This document shows positions 10,578-20,537 of a stretch of DNA of 64,000 nt, piece after piece. This DNA is from an uncultured virus (IMG/VR IMGVR_UViG_3300033066_002227) (taxonomy: Duplodnaviria > Heunggongvirae > Uroviricota > Caudoviricetes), in the IMG/VR virus record IMGVR_UViG_3300033066_002227. One strand, given 5' to 3'. Below the pieces are notes generated by a model. It ran no database searches. It had not been told where the DNA came from and saw only the letters and a list, made by a program, of their open reading frames with translations. Every line of letters starts with the position of its first letter. The stretch's first letter is position 1. The translations under genes were made by a program, and so were the position numbers.

Positions 10578-11283
10578 TTTTTTTGAAATAATCTAAGTCT
10601 TCAGGAGTACCAGTTCCATAAAATTCATTAACTAAAAAGTTAATGAATTTTCTATTTTTAGTAATACCTTCATTATAGACTGGACACACATAAAATTCAT
10701 TGTTGACACGAATATTTTTCTTTATCATATCTTCTGCATCTTCAACAAAGTCAGAGCCTTTATTCCAGATATAAATACCTACAGTGGCAAAATCGCTTAT
10801 TTTCTTTTTTTCTGCTACTTCTGTAATAAAATTATTTTCTACTCTTGCATAAGACCATTTTAAATCATTTTCTTTTATCTCTATAGATAAAATTCCACCA
10901 TCTGTATTTTTGACATTATCAAAAAACAGATCTTTATTCCAATCAACATATTGATCGCAGTTTGATATTAATAACATATCATCATTGTTTATCAAATGTT
11001 TAGCAAGTAATACAGTACAAGCTGCACCTTCAGTTAGTCCATCCGTAAATATCACAGAACAATTTTTGTATAGTTGTTCAAGTTTATTTTTTAAATCATA
11101 TTTTTCATCATGTTTCTTTTGAATTATAAAAATAAAATTACAATTATCTAATGGAGCAGCACAATCTGTTGCCATTTGTACCATTGGTTTATCACCAACA
11201 TTAATTAATGGCTTAGGGTCCTTAAATCCAGCTTTTTCAAATCTTGAACCAGCACCAGCCATTGGAATTACTACATTAATCAT
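10564..11283 (-). CDS. sugar-phosphate nucleotidyltransferase
   Basis: VIPMAGAGSRF...PKPLI, EGAACT, NCDQ, NNEFYVCPVYN, GTPEDL. Confidence 0.85.
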   Translation of the reverse strand: MINVVIPMAGAGSRFEKAGFKDPKPLINVGDKPMVQMATDCAAPLDNCNFIFIIQKKHDEKYDLKNKLEQLYKNCSVIFTDGLTEGAACTVLLAKHLINNDDMLLISNCDQYVDWNKDLFFDNVKNTDGGILSIEIKENDLKWSYARVENNFITEVAEKKKISDFATVGIYIWNKGSDFVEDAEDMIKKNIRVNNEFYVCPVYNEGITKNRKFINFLVNEFYGTGTPEDLDYFKKIKNI

Positions 11284-11291
11284 TAAATCCT

Positions 11292-12752
11292 TTATATTTT
11301 AGTTATTTTGTTATCACCAGATAATATAGCCAAACTCATCTCATTTTTTGAGAAATTTAAATTAAAGTTTTCAAAGTGTTTTTTTAATAAAGCTTCAGAT
11401 TTAAAAATTAATCCTTTATTAAAATATTCATCAACATAATCTAAACACATTGAGTAGATATCCATAAATTTACTGCTAGAAACTGCAAATGTATCATTAA
11501 CCATTGATAAATCATTAGAGTTTGGCACCCAAATACCGTTTAAATTATCTAGTAGATTAAAATTAAACGGTGCTTGATATAAAATATCACCACGTGTTCT
11601 AATACACATGTTGTATTTTATATTATTTTCTTTTTCAAAATCTTTTTTAAGCTTATTAGCCATATAAATAGAGTAAAACATATTCAAAGAGTTAGATGGA
11701 TTCTTTTCTAATGATCTTGATCTAAATCTGTCACCATTTATTTCTTTAAAATCTTCTATTAAGATCTTTTTAGGATTATATAGTTCATTTATTTTTTCTA
11801 AATAGCTATTTGTTTTCTCATTAATAAATGGCGCATCACCTTTTACTTGAGAATATCCTAAAGAGTCCCAAGTGTGTATAAACACATCGACATTTTGTAA
11901 TTGATCAACTATATTTGTTTTAAATGACTTATATGTTTTTTCAAAAGTTCTTAAATGTCCAGAAATACAAACGGCTGTTTTAAATCCTGCTGTTATTTTT
12001 TCTTTTCCATGTAATATAGAAGTTTGCTTATTTATTAGATAAGCGCTTGATACTGGTTGACTGATTTTATCAGTTCTAAATATTGTGTTAGGTGTAAATA
12101 CTGTAAAATCAGTATTTTGACTGGCTAAAAATTCTTTTTTAGCAATCCAGAATCTTCTATGACCCCATTTTCTTTGATTTGAATTTTGAATTTGCCAATC
12201 ATAAACATAATCATTACAATTAAGTTTATTTGTATCTAGTCTTTTAAAAACAAATCCATTATTTTTTAATAATTTTTCTATTAAGGCGCTTGAAGGTTTA
12301 GATCCAATATTATTAATACCCCAATCATTTACATTTGAGTTTTCTGGAATGTCTATTAGCTTTTCTTCAAAAGAATCTATACATTCTGTCTCTAACACTA
12401 TATAGTCAGATGCTTGACAAATTAAATTTATGTGTTCAATTAGATTTTTGACATGACAAGCAATACCCATGCTTAAAATAATATCCCATTTTCTATTTTT
12501 ATAGAAAAAAGGGTTCTCAGCGTCTTCTTTAACCCAATTTAAGTGCGGATATTTTCTTTTGCCAACATTGATGTGCTCATCTCTTATTTCAAGAGCTTCA
12601 CAATTAGCACCAAGTCTGGCAAAAGCATTAACAACATCACCATGTCTAGCACCAATCTCTAATATTGTCTTGTTTTTAAAGAAATTAGGAGATAAGTAAT
12701 CAATTATTACTTTTATTTTTTTATGATTCCACTCAGGATAATTAGTAAACAT
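11292..12752 (-). CDS. SAM-dependent methyltransferase fused to SGHLR-family glycan-modifying domain
   Basis: ILEIGARHG SAM motif; C-terminal AVCISGHLRTF...FIHTW. Confidence 0.7.
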   Translation of the reverse strand: MFTNYPEWNHKKIKVIIDYLSPNFFKNKTILEIGARHGDVVNAFARLGANCEALEIRDEHINVGKRKYPHLNWVKEDAENPFFYKNRKWDIILSMGIACHVKNLIEHINLICQASDYIVLETECIDSFEEKLIDIPENSNVNDWGINNIGSKPSSALIEKLLKNNGFVFKRLDTNKLNCNDYVYDWQIQNSNQRKWGHRRFWIAKKEFLASQNTDFTVFTPNTIFRTDKISQPVSSAYLINKQTSILHGKEKITAGFKTAVCISGHLRTFEKTYKSFKTNIVDQLQNVDVFIHTWDSLGYSQVKGDAPFINEKTNSYLEKINELYNPKKILIEDFKEINGDRFRSRSLEKNPSNSLNMFYSIYMANKLKKDFEKENNIKYNMCIRTRGDILYQAPFNFNLLDNLNGIWVPNSNDLSMVNDTFAVSSSKFMDIYSMCLDYVDEYFNKGLIFKSEALLKKHFENFNLNFSKNEMSLAILSGDNKITKI

Positions 12753-13444
12753 TAAAATAAATAACTCCCATCTGCTCTGTAAATATTTAAGTTTATTGGA
12801 ACGGTTTTATATTTAATATTGTTAATATCAAGATTAAATTTGGTTAAAACTTCAGGCGCATATCTAATCTTATAATCATTGCAATAAGTCATTAGCTTAT
12901 CAAAGTTTTTAAAATATTTTTCCATTAAATTATCTTGGCCAAATGCAAGCATATCATTTATACCATCGCTATGAAAAGCGCCTATTTCTGGTAATGAAAT
13001 AAAATCAGTTTTAAAATTTAAATCTTGATAAATGATCATATCTGACCTATATCTTATAGTATAATCATATTTAATATTGAATTTATTTTCATACTCTTCT
13101 TTAAGTTCATAAGATCTTTTAATAGAATAAAACATTGATAAATTTTCGGCAGGATTGAAACCAATATTAAATTGCTCTCCCATACCTATAAACATACTTG
13201 AATTGTATTCTACTATTTCTAATAATTTAGGGTCGTATGTGTTATAAATTGAATTTATTTTTGAATTAGTGTCTATATTTTTTATAGATTTATCACAATC
13301 ATTTTTAGAACGATCATAACCAAGTTTATTCCAAGTATGTATAAAAAAATCGCAATCATGATATTTGAAAAAGTTATTATAAGTCATTGCAAATGTCTTT
13401 TCAAAAGTTCTTAAATGACCTGATATGCAAATTGCTATTCTCAT
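12752..13444 (-). CDS. SGHLR-family glycan-modifying protein
   Basis: IAICISGHLRTF, FIHTW, SMFYSI, RYRSD, NDMLAFG. Confidence 0.6.
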   Translation of the reverse strand: MRIAICISGHLRTFEKTFAMTYNNFFKYHDCDFFIHTWNKLGYDRSKNDCDKSIKNIDTNSKINSIYNTYDPKLLEIVEYNSSMFIGMGEQFNIGFNPAENLSMFYSIKRSYELKEEYENKFNIKYDYTIRYRSDMIIYQDLNFKTDFISLPEIGAFHSDGINDMLAFGQDNLMEKYFKNFDKLMTYCNDYKIRYAPEVLTKFNLDINNIKYKTVPINLNIYRADGSYLF

Positions 13445-14166
13445 TTTTTATAAGCCTCAGATTGTAATCTAGATATATAATTTATATAGCCTCTATCCCT
13501 CATAATATGAGGTTCAACATGTCTATTGTTTAATACGTGTCCATTATCTCTTAAAATTTCATAGTCCATATTAATTCTACCAATGCTTAATTGAGAAACA
13601 TTAAAATGTTTATGTAATAACATTTCTGGAACAAATAAACTCTTTTGATTATATAAATTTTCTATATTAGAATAAACTTCACTGTATTTATTCATAGCTT
13701 GACTTGTCCCTAAAGCAAACTGATCATTTAATCCTAAATAATCTCCATGGTTTGGTAACCAAATTAAAGAATTGTTTCTATCATATGGAATGTCTACTTT
13801 GGAAAGAAATCTTAAATCAGATCTACATCTGACAACACAATCATAAGTGAAATTATTTTCTATTTCAAATTCTGATTTTAAGTCATTACAAGATTTAATT
13901 TTATAATACATAGAAAATACCCCATGTAAATTTCTATGTTGTTCAGCCCTAGATCTAAATTTATCTAAATTAAAATTTAAGAAGTTTTCTTGCTTTATTT
14001 TTTTAGGTTCATACAAATTTTCAATAGAGTTTAAGATTTTATCATTTAAATTCCAAGTAGAAATGAAAATATCGCAATCATAAATGTTTAATATGTGTTC
14101 AAATAATGATGAAAATGTTTTTTCATACATTCTAAATAAACCAGATATGCAAATAGCTATTTTCAT
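13441..14166 (-). CDS. SGHLR-family glycan-modifying protein
   Basis: IAICISGLFR, FISTW, SMYYKI, RCRSD, NDQFALG. Confidence 0.6.
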   Translation of the reverse strand: MKIAICISGLFRMYEKTFSSLFEHILNIYDCDIFISTWNLNDKILNSIENLYEPKKIKQENFLNFNLDKFRSRAEQHRNLHGVFSMYYKIKSCNDLKSEFEIENNFTYDCVVRCRSDLRFLSKVDIPYDRNNSLIWLPNHGDYLGLNDQFALGTSQAMNKYSEVYSNIENLYNQKSLFVPEMLLHKHFNVSQLSIGRINMDYEILRDNGHVLNNRHVEPHIMRDRGYINYISRLQSEAYKK

Positions 14167-14792
14167 TTTTGATCTATAAATTTTATATAATTTAAAATAT
14201 TATCCACAGCAACATCTTGATACATATTTTTTATTGGCAGCAACCATCCACCAGAATCTATAGCTGCTGTCTTTCCAACAATTGAGTCTTCTAAAATTAA
14301 AGTTTCTTTAGGTGCAACTCCTGCTTCAACCATACATCTTAAATAAATTTCAGGATGAGGTTTTGTATTTTTACAATTATCTCTAGTAAAAACTTTATCT
14401 ATAGCTTTTATTAAATGTATTTTTTCTAAAATTTCATATACAAATTCATTTGAAGCATTAGATGCCACATATATTTTATAGTTCTTATTTTTAAGATTAT
14501 AAACTACATCTAAAGCATTCCCAAATTCTATTTTTTTATTTTTAATAGCACTATTTAATAATTTAGTTTTAGCTTTTAAAACATCATCATAAAATATTGG
14601 ATTTAAACCTTTTTCTTTTGTAAGAATTAATAATTTTTCTTTTGATGTTAGTCCATCAAAACGCTGATATTGAGATTCATCAATTAAATAATGCTCGCCA
14701 TATTGTTTTAAGGCCAAATTAAAAGATTCCCAATGATATTTGGATGTATTTATTAATACTCCATCTAAATCAAATACTATTAACTTAATCAC
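14163..14792 (-). CDS. HAD-family phosphatase
   Basis: FDLDGVL, ASNA, KPHPEIY, LEDS; paralog of the N-terminus of 9243. Confidence 0.85.
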   Translation of the reverse strand: MIKLIVFDLDGVLINTSKYHWESFNLALKQYGEHYLIDESQYQRFDGLTSKEKLLILTKEKGLNPIFYDDVLKAKTKLLNSAIKNKKIEFGNALDVVYNLKNKNYKIYVASNASNEFVYEILEKIHLIKAIDKVFTRDNCKNTKPHPEIYLRCMVEAGVAPKETLILEDSIVGKTAAIDSGGWLLPIKNMYQDVAVDNILNYIKFIDQK

Positions 14793-14809
14793 TCAATAAT
14801 TCTAGATTA

Positions 14810-15310
14810 TTGAGACATAATTTTGTGGATATTTATAAAAAAATAGATTTATATTATAAATTAGCACAAAATACAGCTAATCAAGAAAACAATAAGCCGG
14901 TCCCACAAATTTATATGATATTATCAGAAATTGGCGTTAATCAATTATTATTTAAATCAGATGAATGGGTTATATTAAATAATATTTTTGCTCTATTACA
15001 AAAATTACTATATATAAATTCAAATAAACAAGCTTATTTTAATGATTTTGTAATAAATAATATTACAGTTCCAATGCAACTAAAAAAACAAGTATTATTT
15101 TGTCAAAATTTCTATAAAATTATTTCAATGAAAAGAAATTTGGCTTATTCTGATAAAGAAAAAGAAGAGCTTCTTAATAAATTAAAAACTAATTTTTCTC
15201 AATTAACTGATTCTGACTTAAATTCAACTTTAGCTTCAGAAGAGTTGGGTGTGAATCCTAAATCTCAAATAATAAATTACTTAAATCAACTATTAGCTAA
15301 TTTAGGCTAA
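14810..15310 (+). CDS. hypothetical protein
   Basis: 166 aa ORF; N-terminal YYKLAQ. Confidence 0.55.
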   Translation: MRHNFVDIYKKIDLYYKLAQNTANQENNKPVPQIYMILSEIGVNQLLFKSDEWVILNNIFALLQKLLYINSNKQAYFNDFVINNITVPMQLKKQVLFCQNFYKIISMKRNLAYSDKEKEELLNKLKTNFSQLTDSDLNSTLASEELGVNPKSQIINYLNQLLANLG

Positions 15311-15324
15311 GATATATATCTTAC

Positions 15325-16086
15325 GTGAACAAACAAAAATTACAAGAATACGAAAATTTATCAGATTTTCGTTTGATGAAAAAAATACCAATAATTGTAT
15401 CATTAAATGGTAGAAATTTTTCTAAATTAACTAACAAATGTGAAAAACCATTTTCTACTGATTTATTAAAATCATTTTGTGGTACAGCACTAAAACTAAG
15501 CCAAGAAGCTGAGGGTTGTGTATTTTCTTACTGTTATAATGATCAAATTTTCTTATTATTAAGAAATGATTTTTTTGAAGAAACGGAAGCGTGGTTTGAT
15601 AATAAGATTCAAAAAATAACTTCTTGTCTATCTGGTATAGCATCATTAGAATTTTATAAAACATCTAAATTATTCAAACTTGAATTTCAAAATGATCCAA
15701 TATTCTTTACACATGTATTTACACTTCCAACAATTGATGATGCAGTTTCATTTTTTATATTAAAGCAACAAGCTGCTTATTTAAAAGCAATAAATAATGC
15801 TGTATTTTATGAATTATCAAAAAAGTTTTCACAATCTAAAGTAGAGTCTATGCTGGATGGAGCTTCATCTGAAGAGAAAATACTTTTATTAAAAGATTAT
15901 TGTGATCTAGAGTTTAGCGATTATCCATTAATATACAAAAGAGGGTTTGCCTGTTATAAAATGTCGTCTTTAAATGACACAAGTAATAAGCTAAAGTGGA
16001 ATATTGATCTTGATGTTCCTATTTTTTCAAAAAATGAAGCTTTTTTAAGAAGTATTTTTATATCAGGTAAAGATATTAAACTATGA
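15325..16086 (+). CDS. Thg1-like tRNA(His) guanylyltransferase homolog, catalytic motifs degenerate
   Basis: YE, IIVSLNGRNFSK, KPF, YCYNDQI, AWFDNKIQKI.S, KRG, W..D.DVPIF. Confidence 0.75.
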   Translation: MNKQKLQEYENLSDFRLMKKIPIIVSLNGRNFSKLTNKCEKPFSTDLLKSFCGTALKLSQEAEGCVFSYCYNDQIFLLLRNDFFEETEAWFDNKIQKITSCLSGIASLEFYKTSKLFKLEFQNDPIFFTHVFTLPTIDDAVSFFILKQQAAYLKAINNAVFYELSKKFSQSKVESMLDGASSEEKILLLKDYCDLEFSDYPLIYKRGFACYKMSSLNDTSNKLKWNIDLDVPIFSKNEAFLRSIFISGKDIKL

Positions 16087-16901
16087 GAGATTATTTATTT
16101 TTGGCTGGAGAATATCATGTAACAATGCCAGCAGTATTTACTCTAGACAATTGGATGCATACTATGACTGCTAAAAAGTTAGTATTCTCCAATAATAAGC
16201 TTTTTAGAGAAGAAGTTCAAGGTCAATCAAATTCAGTTGAAAATTTAAAAGGATTAATTTTTCTTGCTGATGTTTTAGATAAAGACTTAGAAGAGTCTAA
16301 TTTAAGAACAATTATAAAAAGCAAGGTTAAATGTTGGCCAGATCCAGAATTATTGCTTAGATTATCAAATAGATTTTTAGTTTTAGAAGAGTGCGTTAAA
16401 GCTGGATTTGTAACTCATAAAGTTGAGCTTGTCGCTGAAGGTGAAGAGATTAGTTTAAAAACTCCTTTTGTTATAAAGACGTCAAGACAGCACAGGGGTG
16501 CTGATAAATTCTTAATTAATAACCTAGAATCTTTACCAAAGTTCTCTTACGCTTCTGTAGAGCCATTCTTTGAGGGCGATTCTGTAAGAATACTATTTAT
16601 AGGCAAAAAATACTTTTTCTACAAAATAGAAAACAAAGATTCATGGATTAAAAACTCTTTAGGTGGAGAAATTATTATGCTAAATAATAATGATTGTCCA
16701 ATATCTTTAGCAAGGCATGCCTTTAAAGTAAAAGAACATTTTAATTTAGAGATTTGTGGTATCGATTATATCTTAAATAAAGATAAGTTCCATTTTCTTG
16801 AAATAAATCAATTTCCTGGATTAAATCCTTCAGATGAGGTTTGTGAAACTGCCAGGAAGTTTTTAATTAAAAAAATGAAAGAAGTTGAATTAGGGCAATA
16901 A
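16083..16901 (+). CDS. RimK-like ATP-grasp protein
   Basis: PFVIK, VEPF.EG..VR, W.KN, CGIDYI, FLEINQFPG. Confidence 0.75.
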   Translation: MRDYLFLAGEYHVTMPAVFTLDNWMHTMTAKKLVFSNNKLFREEVQGQSNSVENLKGLIFLADVLDKDLEESNLRTIIKSKVKCWPDPELLLRLSNRFLVLEECVKAGFVTHKVELVAEGEEISLKTPFVIKTSRQHRGADKFLINNLESLPKFSYASVEPFFEGDSVRILFIGKKYFFYKIENKDSWIKNSLGGEIIMLNNNDCPISLARHAFKVKEHFNLEICGIDYILNKDKFHFLEINQFPGLNPSDEVCETARKFLIKKMKEVELGQ

Positions 16902-16915
16902 ACATATATTTTTAT

Positions 16916-17095
16916 ATGAAAATTATTACACTAATTAATGAATATTTAGAAAAAATAGCTGAGATATCTTCTTTAGAAGATGCGCAAGAGCTTGATTTTG
17001 AAGATGAAATGTCTTTAGAAGATAATATTTTATATGATACCACGTCAAATCAAATTCAAGATCCAGAATATTGGGAATTTAAAATTAAGAATTAA
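16916..17095 (+). CDS. small acidic hypothetical protein (59 aa, not in ORF track)
   Basis: MKIITLINEYLEKIAEISSLEDAQELDFED...WEFKIKN*. Confidence 0.5.
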   Translation: MKIITLINEYLEKIAEISSLEDAQELDFEDEMSLEDNILYDTTSNQIQDPEYWEFKIKN

Positions 17096-17801
17096 ACACA
17101 GTGGATATAAATGGCGTGTGAGTGATGAAGTAATTTTAATTGAATCACAACTAATGATTGTGATACCTCATCTTTTTAATATTAAAGATACTGGTCATGT
17201 AAATAATATTACATCTATTTTAGTGGATATTGTTAAAAAGCCAATTAATTCAAAATCAAAAGAATTATTTGACGTCTATATTGCATTTATAATTAATAAT
17301 TTAGTAAATAAAATATCAAAAGATGATGCTATTTTAACATTTATTAAAAAACGTTTTTATTCTATTTTTTTAAATATCCTTTCTAAATATAAAGAGGAAA
17401 TAGGTTCCAAAGAATTATCTAATTTATTGATGTCAAATAAAGAAAGGCTTGAATTTTTTCTTACAAATATTAATTTAATCAGCTTATCTTCTCAAACCCT
17501 AATTTTATATAAAACATTATTTGATATATCAGATGAATTTAGCATTTATCTTGTTGATATTAACGCTCTAACTACAAATAATATAGAATTATATTATTTA
17601 AAAGATTTTTTAAGAAGAAATATTTTTCCAAACAAAAAGTCTTGCAAATTAGTGGCTAATCATTATATTAATCTAGCTAAAAAACAAATGATAAGTTATT
17701 ATGCTGAAAAAGAGTCATTAGCTAGTTTTATTAAAACTGATGCAATAGGCTTCGATAAAAATCTTATGAAAGAAATTAACAAAATTTGTATGCTTGAATG
17801 A
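17034..17801 (+). CDS. hypothetical KK-tail-like protein (true start probably downstream)
   Basis: Ends EINKICMLE; 5' part overlaps the 59 aa ORF. Confidence 0.55.
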   Translation: MIPRQIKFKIQNIGNLKLRIKHSGYKWRVSDEVILIESQLMIVIPHLFNIKDTGHVNNITSILVDIVKKPINSKSKELFDVYIAFIINNLVNKISKDDAILTFIKKRFYSIFLNILSKYKEEIGSKELSNLLMSNKERLEFFLTNINLISLSSQTLILYKTLFDISDEFSIYLVDINALTTNNIELYYLKDFLRRNIFPNKKSCKLVANHYINLAKKQMISYYAEKESLASFIKTDAIGFDKNLMKEINKICMLE

Positions 17802-17870
17802 TATATCTAGTTTTGACAGCTTGATTTTACTATTTAAAAATTAAGCATTAAAATATTATGGAGAAATTAT

Positions 17871-18074
17871 ATGTCTGGAAAATCTAATAAATTATCAATT
17901 CGCCTCTATCCTCGTGAAGATAAAAATGGAAAACAATATTTCGTAGGACGCTTGAAGTTTCCTGGAACTATTGAATTAAAAAATGGCGCTACATTTTTAG
18001 CCTTTATTTCTGATCCTGGCTATGAAGAATTGCAAGTTGCAGTATCTGAAAAAGAAGAAAAAGAAAAATTTTAA
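17871..18074 (+). CDS. hypothetical protein
   Basis: GGAG RBS, 67 aa. Confidence 0.6.
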   Translation: MSGKSNKLSIRLYPREDKNGKQYFVGRLKFPGTIELKNGATFLAFISDPGYEELQVAVSEKEEKEKF

Positions 18075-18081
18075 CAAGGAC

Positions 18082-18110
18082 TTGACACGCGATTTAAGCG
18101 TGCTTATATT
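18082..18110 (+). promoter_or_regulatory. sigma70-type promoter
   Basis: TTGACA-17-TATATT; near-copy at 56556-56584. Confidence 0.7.
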
Positions 18111-18114
18111 GTCT

Positions 18115-18145
18115 AAGCCCCGAGCACTACCCCTCGGGGCTTTTT
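18115..18145 (+). terminator. GC-rich hairpin plus T-tract
   Basis: GCCCCGAG-cactaccc-CTCGGGGC-TTTTT. Confidence 0.7.
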
Positions 18146-18149
18146 AATT

Positions 18150-18782
18150 ATGAAAAAGCTTTTCGTATTACTGAATTTAATGTTTGTAGCAACATACTCA
18201 AATGCTGCTACAAATGAGGATTTTTTAGCTTATCCAAAGCAATCTGAACTTTTGCCAAATGCAATTACATTTACTAATTGTCCTGATGTATCCATTGTAG
18301 AATGGAAAAGTAATTCTGTTGGCTCTGAATTAAATGATGATTCAAAGAAAGCTTTTGAGGCAGCTTGTCAAATTGCCTTTGATAAGTTTCCAGTTTTCTT
18401 AAAAGAAAAGTATAATATTACCTTTAATAAAAAGTCTTTTTCTATAAAAGCATCTGTTTTACCAGCAAATCCTTATTACGATGGTAAAAAGATTAGAAAT
18501 CTTAACGATTCTAATTATAGGTTTTCTTCTATTAGAAAAAAAGATGAGTGTTGCTATTGGGGATTTTTTATGCACTCATCCAATCATTTATTCATCAGAA
18601 ATGATATTTATGTTATCAAAGACAATAAAAAGCTTCTAAATAAAAAGTTCATGGAGACAGTTATTCATGAATTAGTACATGTTCAAACTGATAAGTTTAA
18701 AATAAACATCAATTATTTTGATGGTTCAGATGAAAAAGATGAAAAATTAGCTCAAGAATTTACTACATGGCTTGGATTCTAA
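18150..18782 (+). CDS. secreted zinc-metallopeptidase-like protein
   Basis: Signal peptide MKKLFVLL...SNA; VIHELVH (HExxH) plus downstream E. Confidence 0.65.
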   Translation: MKKLFVLLNLMFVATYSNAATNEDFLAYPKQSELLPNAITFTNCPDVSIVEWKSNSVGSELNDDSKKAFEAACQIAFDKFPVFLKEKYNITFNKKSFSIKASVLPANPYYDGKKIRNLNDSNYRFSSIRKKDECCYWGFFMHSSNHLFIRNDIYVIKDNKKLLNKKFMETVIHELVHVQTDKFKININYFDGSDEKDEKLAQEFTTWLGF

Positions 18783-19116
18783 GATGTATATTATAGATAA
18801 TTATAAATTATCAAAAAAAATCTATGTTAAAACTCATACCATACGTTATGGTTCTGAAGTTATTGAAAAATATAATAAAGAAATTTTTAAATCAAAAGAA
18901 GAGGCTATTAAATTTATTTTAAAACAAAATATAGAATTTGAAAAATCTCTTCTTAGAAGATATAGGCCACCAAATAGTTATCTTCTAAGATTTATAGAAG
19001 AAGAATATGCTCTTTATCAAGTAAAGCTTCATTCAGAATCAACAAGATGGGCTCAATATACAATTACTGATATTGAGCCCATCGAAACTTTTAAAAAAAT
19101 ACTTATGATTCTTTAG
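18772..19116 (+). CDS. hypothetical KK-tail protein
   Basis: Ends TFKKILMIL. Confidence 0.65.
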   Translation: MDSKMYIIDNYKLSKKIYVKTHTIRYGSEVIEKYNKEIFKSKEEAIKFILKQNIEFEKSLLRRYRPPNSYLLRFIEEEYALYQVKLHSESTRWAQYTITDIEPIETFKKILMIL

Positions 19117-19466
19117 CCAATAAAATTAACGGCCATTTCTGCAATATTTAGAGGTTTACCATTAAATACCATTTGTCCTAAATGAGATTTAATTTTTTCC
19201 ATAGCAACTTTTTGATCTAGACCGGCGCTTTTGCCAATTGTAACTGAAACAACTTTTGGAGCCCCACCCTCTTCTAACTCTAAAGCGGCAGTAATTGGTT
19301 GGTTATTTGGAAATAAACTTAGTAATTTAGCTAAAACTTCATTTTTAATATCATTAGCACCTTTATCTTGAGCTAATTTTTGAATAAGTCTAGCTTGTTT
19401 TTTAATTACATCATTTTGTTTAGCTATTACTTTAATTATTTTTTTAATTTTATCGTCATTATCCAT
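19113..19466 (-). CDS. hypothetical protein
   Basis: 117 aa; coiled N-terminus ending KLAQ. Confidence 0.55.
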   Translation of the reverse strand: MDNDDKIKKIIKVIAKQNDVIKKQARLIQKLAQDKGANDIKNEVLAKLLSLFPNNQPITAALELEEGGAPKVVSVTIGKSAGLDQKVAMEKIKSHLGQMVFNGKPLNIAEMAVNFIG

Positions 19467-19471
19467 TGTAC

Positions 19472-19921
19472 TTAACCTTTTAAAGTTTGTTGTAGTAAAT
19501 ATACCGCTTCTTCACGTTTATTAGCAATAGATAATATCATATCATCTAAGCCCAAAGTCATTTTATCTTCTTTCTCTAATAAATCATATATCTTAATTGA
19601 TAAATCTAGGAAGTCTTCCTCTGCTTTTAAAGAGATTTTAATTAATTCTGATTGCTCTAATGACTTAGTTTTATATTTATCTAATATATTTTTAATACAT
19701 TCTACTTGATTATGGCTAAGAACTACTTTACTTCCAAATAATCCAATCATTTTTTCAGCAGCTTCATCACTATTTTCAGCCGCACTTTGATATAATCTCT
19801 CAAATAAGAGATGCCCTGAATAAAATGACGCCCCTTGACTTAACCAATGGTTATTTTGGTGCAATAAGTAAAGACTTCTTAAGAAAGCTACATAAAAACA
19901 AATAAGTTTCTCAGTTTCCAT
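19472..19921 (-). CDS. Dps/ferritin-like protein
   Basis: HQNNHW...G..FY..HLLFERLY....D..AE. Confidence 0.8.
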   Translation of the reverse strand: METEKLICFYVAFLRSLYLLHQNNHWLSQGASFYSGHLLFERLYQSAAENSDEAAEKMIGLFGSKVVLSHNQVECIKNILDKYKTKSLEQSELIKISLKAEEDFLDLSIKIYDLLEKEDKMTLGLDDMILSIANKREEAVYLLQQTLKG

Positions 19922-19960
19922 AGTATAGTTATATGAGAAAAAATACGGTATATATAAATT

Positions 19961-20296
19961 ATGGCTAATGAATCACCAGACCTGTTATTAACAGAAGAAG
20001 AAATTAAAGAAATTTTAGAAAAATATCCAATTAAATTAAAACATTTATCTGTTATTGTTGATAACATATATAAAAAATATAATTTAACAAATAAATCTGA
20101 TGTTTCTCTTATAGTAAAAGAATGTTTGTCAATTATAAGAGAAACTTTGATAAATAATCAACCAGTTAGTGTTGGCAAGGTGTTTAATAAAACAGTTTTA
20201 GTAAAGTCTAAAAAGAAATCATTTATTAATAACCCCATTTGTGTCAAAACTAGAACAGCTAAAAAAATAAAAAATGTCAAATACATTTCCTATTAA
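19961..20296 (+). CDS. HU/IHF-like DNA-binding protein (divergent)
   Basis: Helix-helix then 'IRETLINNQPVSVG' pattern; basic. Confidence 0.45.
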   Translation: MANESPDLLLTEEEIKEILEKYPIKLKHLSVIVDNIYKKYNLTNKSDVSLIVKECLSIIRETLINNQPVSVGKVFNKTVLVKSKKKSFINNPICVKTRTAKKIKNVKYISY

Positions 20297-20537
20297 TATT
20301 GGAGAAATGACCTCCGAAGCTTTGTGTAATATTGTAGTATCACACAGATATCTAGGTGTTTTAAAAGATCAATCTAGAATTGCAATGATGGAATTATTAA
20401 GAAGACAGAATCTAGGAGATAATTTTAATTTTCTAAATTATATAGATGAAAAATTAAAAGAAATGCCACCTTTAGCCAAAGAAAAAGATAATAATATAAT
20501 TTCATCTATCTTAAATCAAATAAAAAATGAAAAATAA
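20274..20537 (+). CDS. hypothetical protein
   Basis: 87 aa ORF in operon. Confidence 0.55.
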   Translation: MSNTFPINIGEMTSEALCNIVVSHRYLGVLKDQSRIAMMELLRRQNLGDNFNFLNYIDEKLKEMPPLAKEKDNNIISSILNQIKNEK

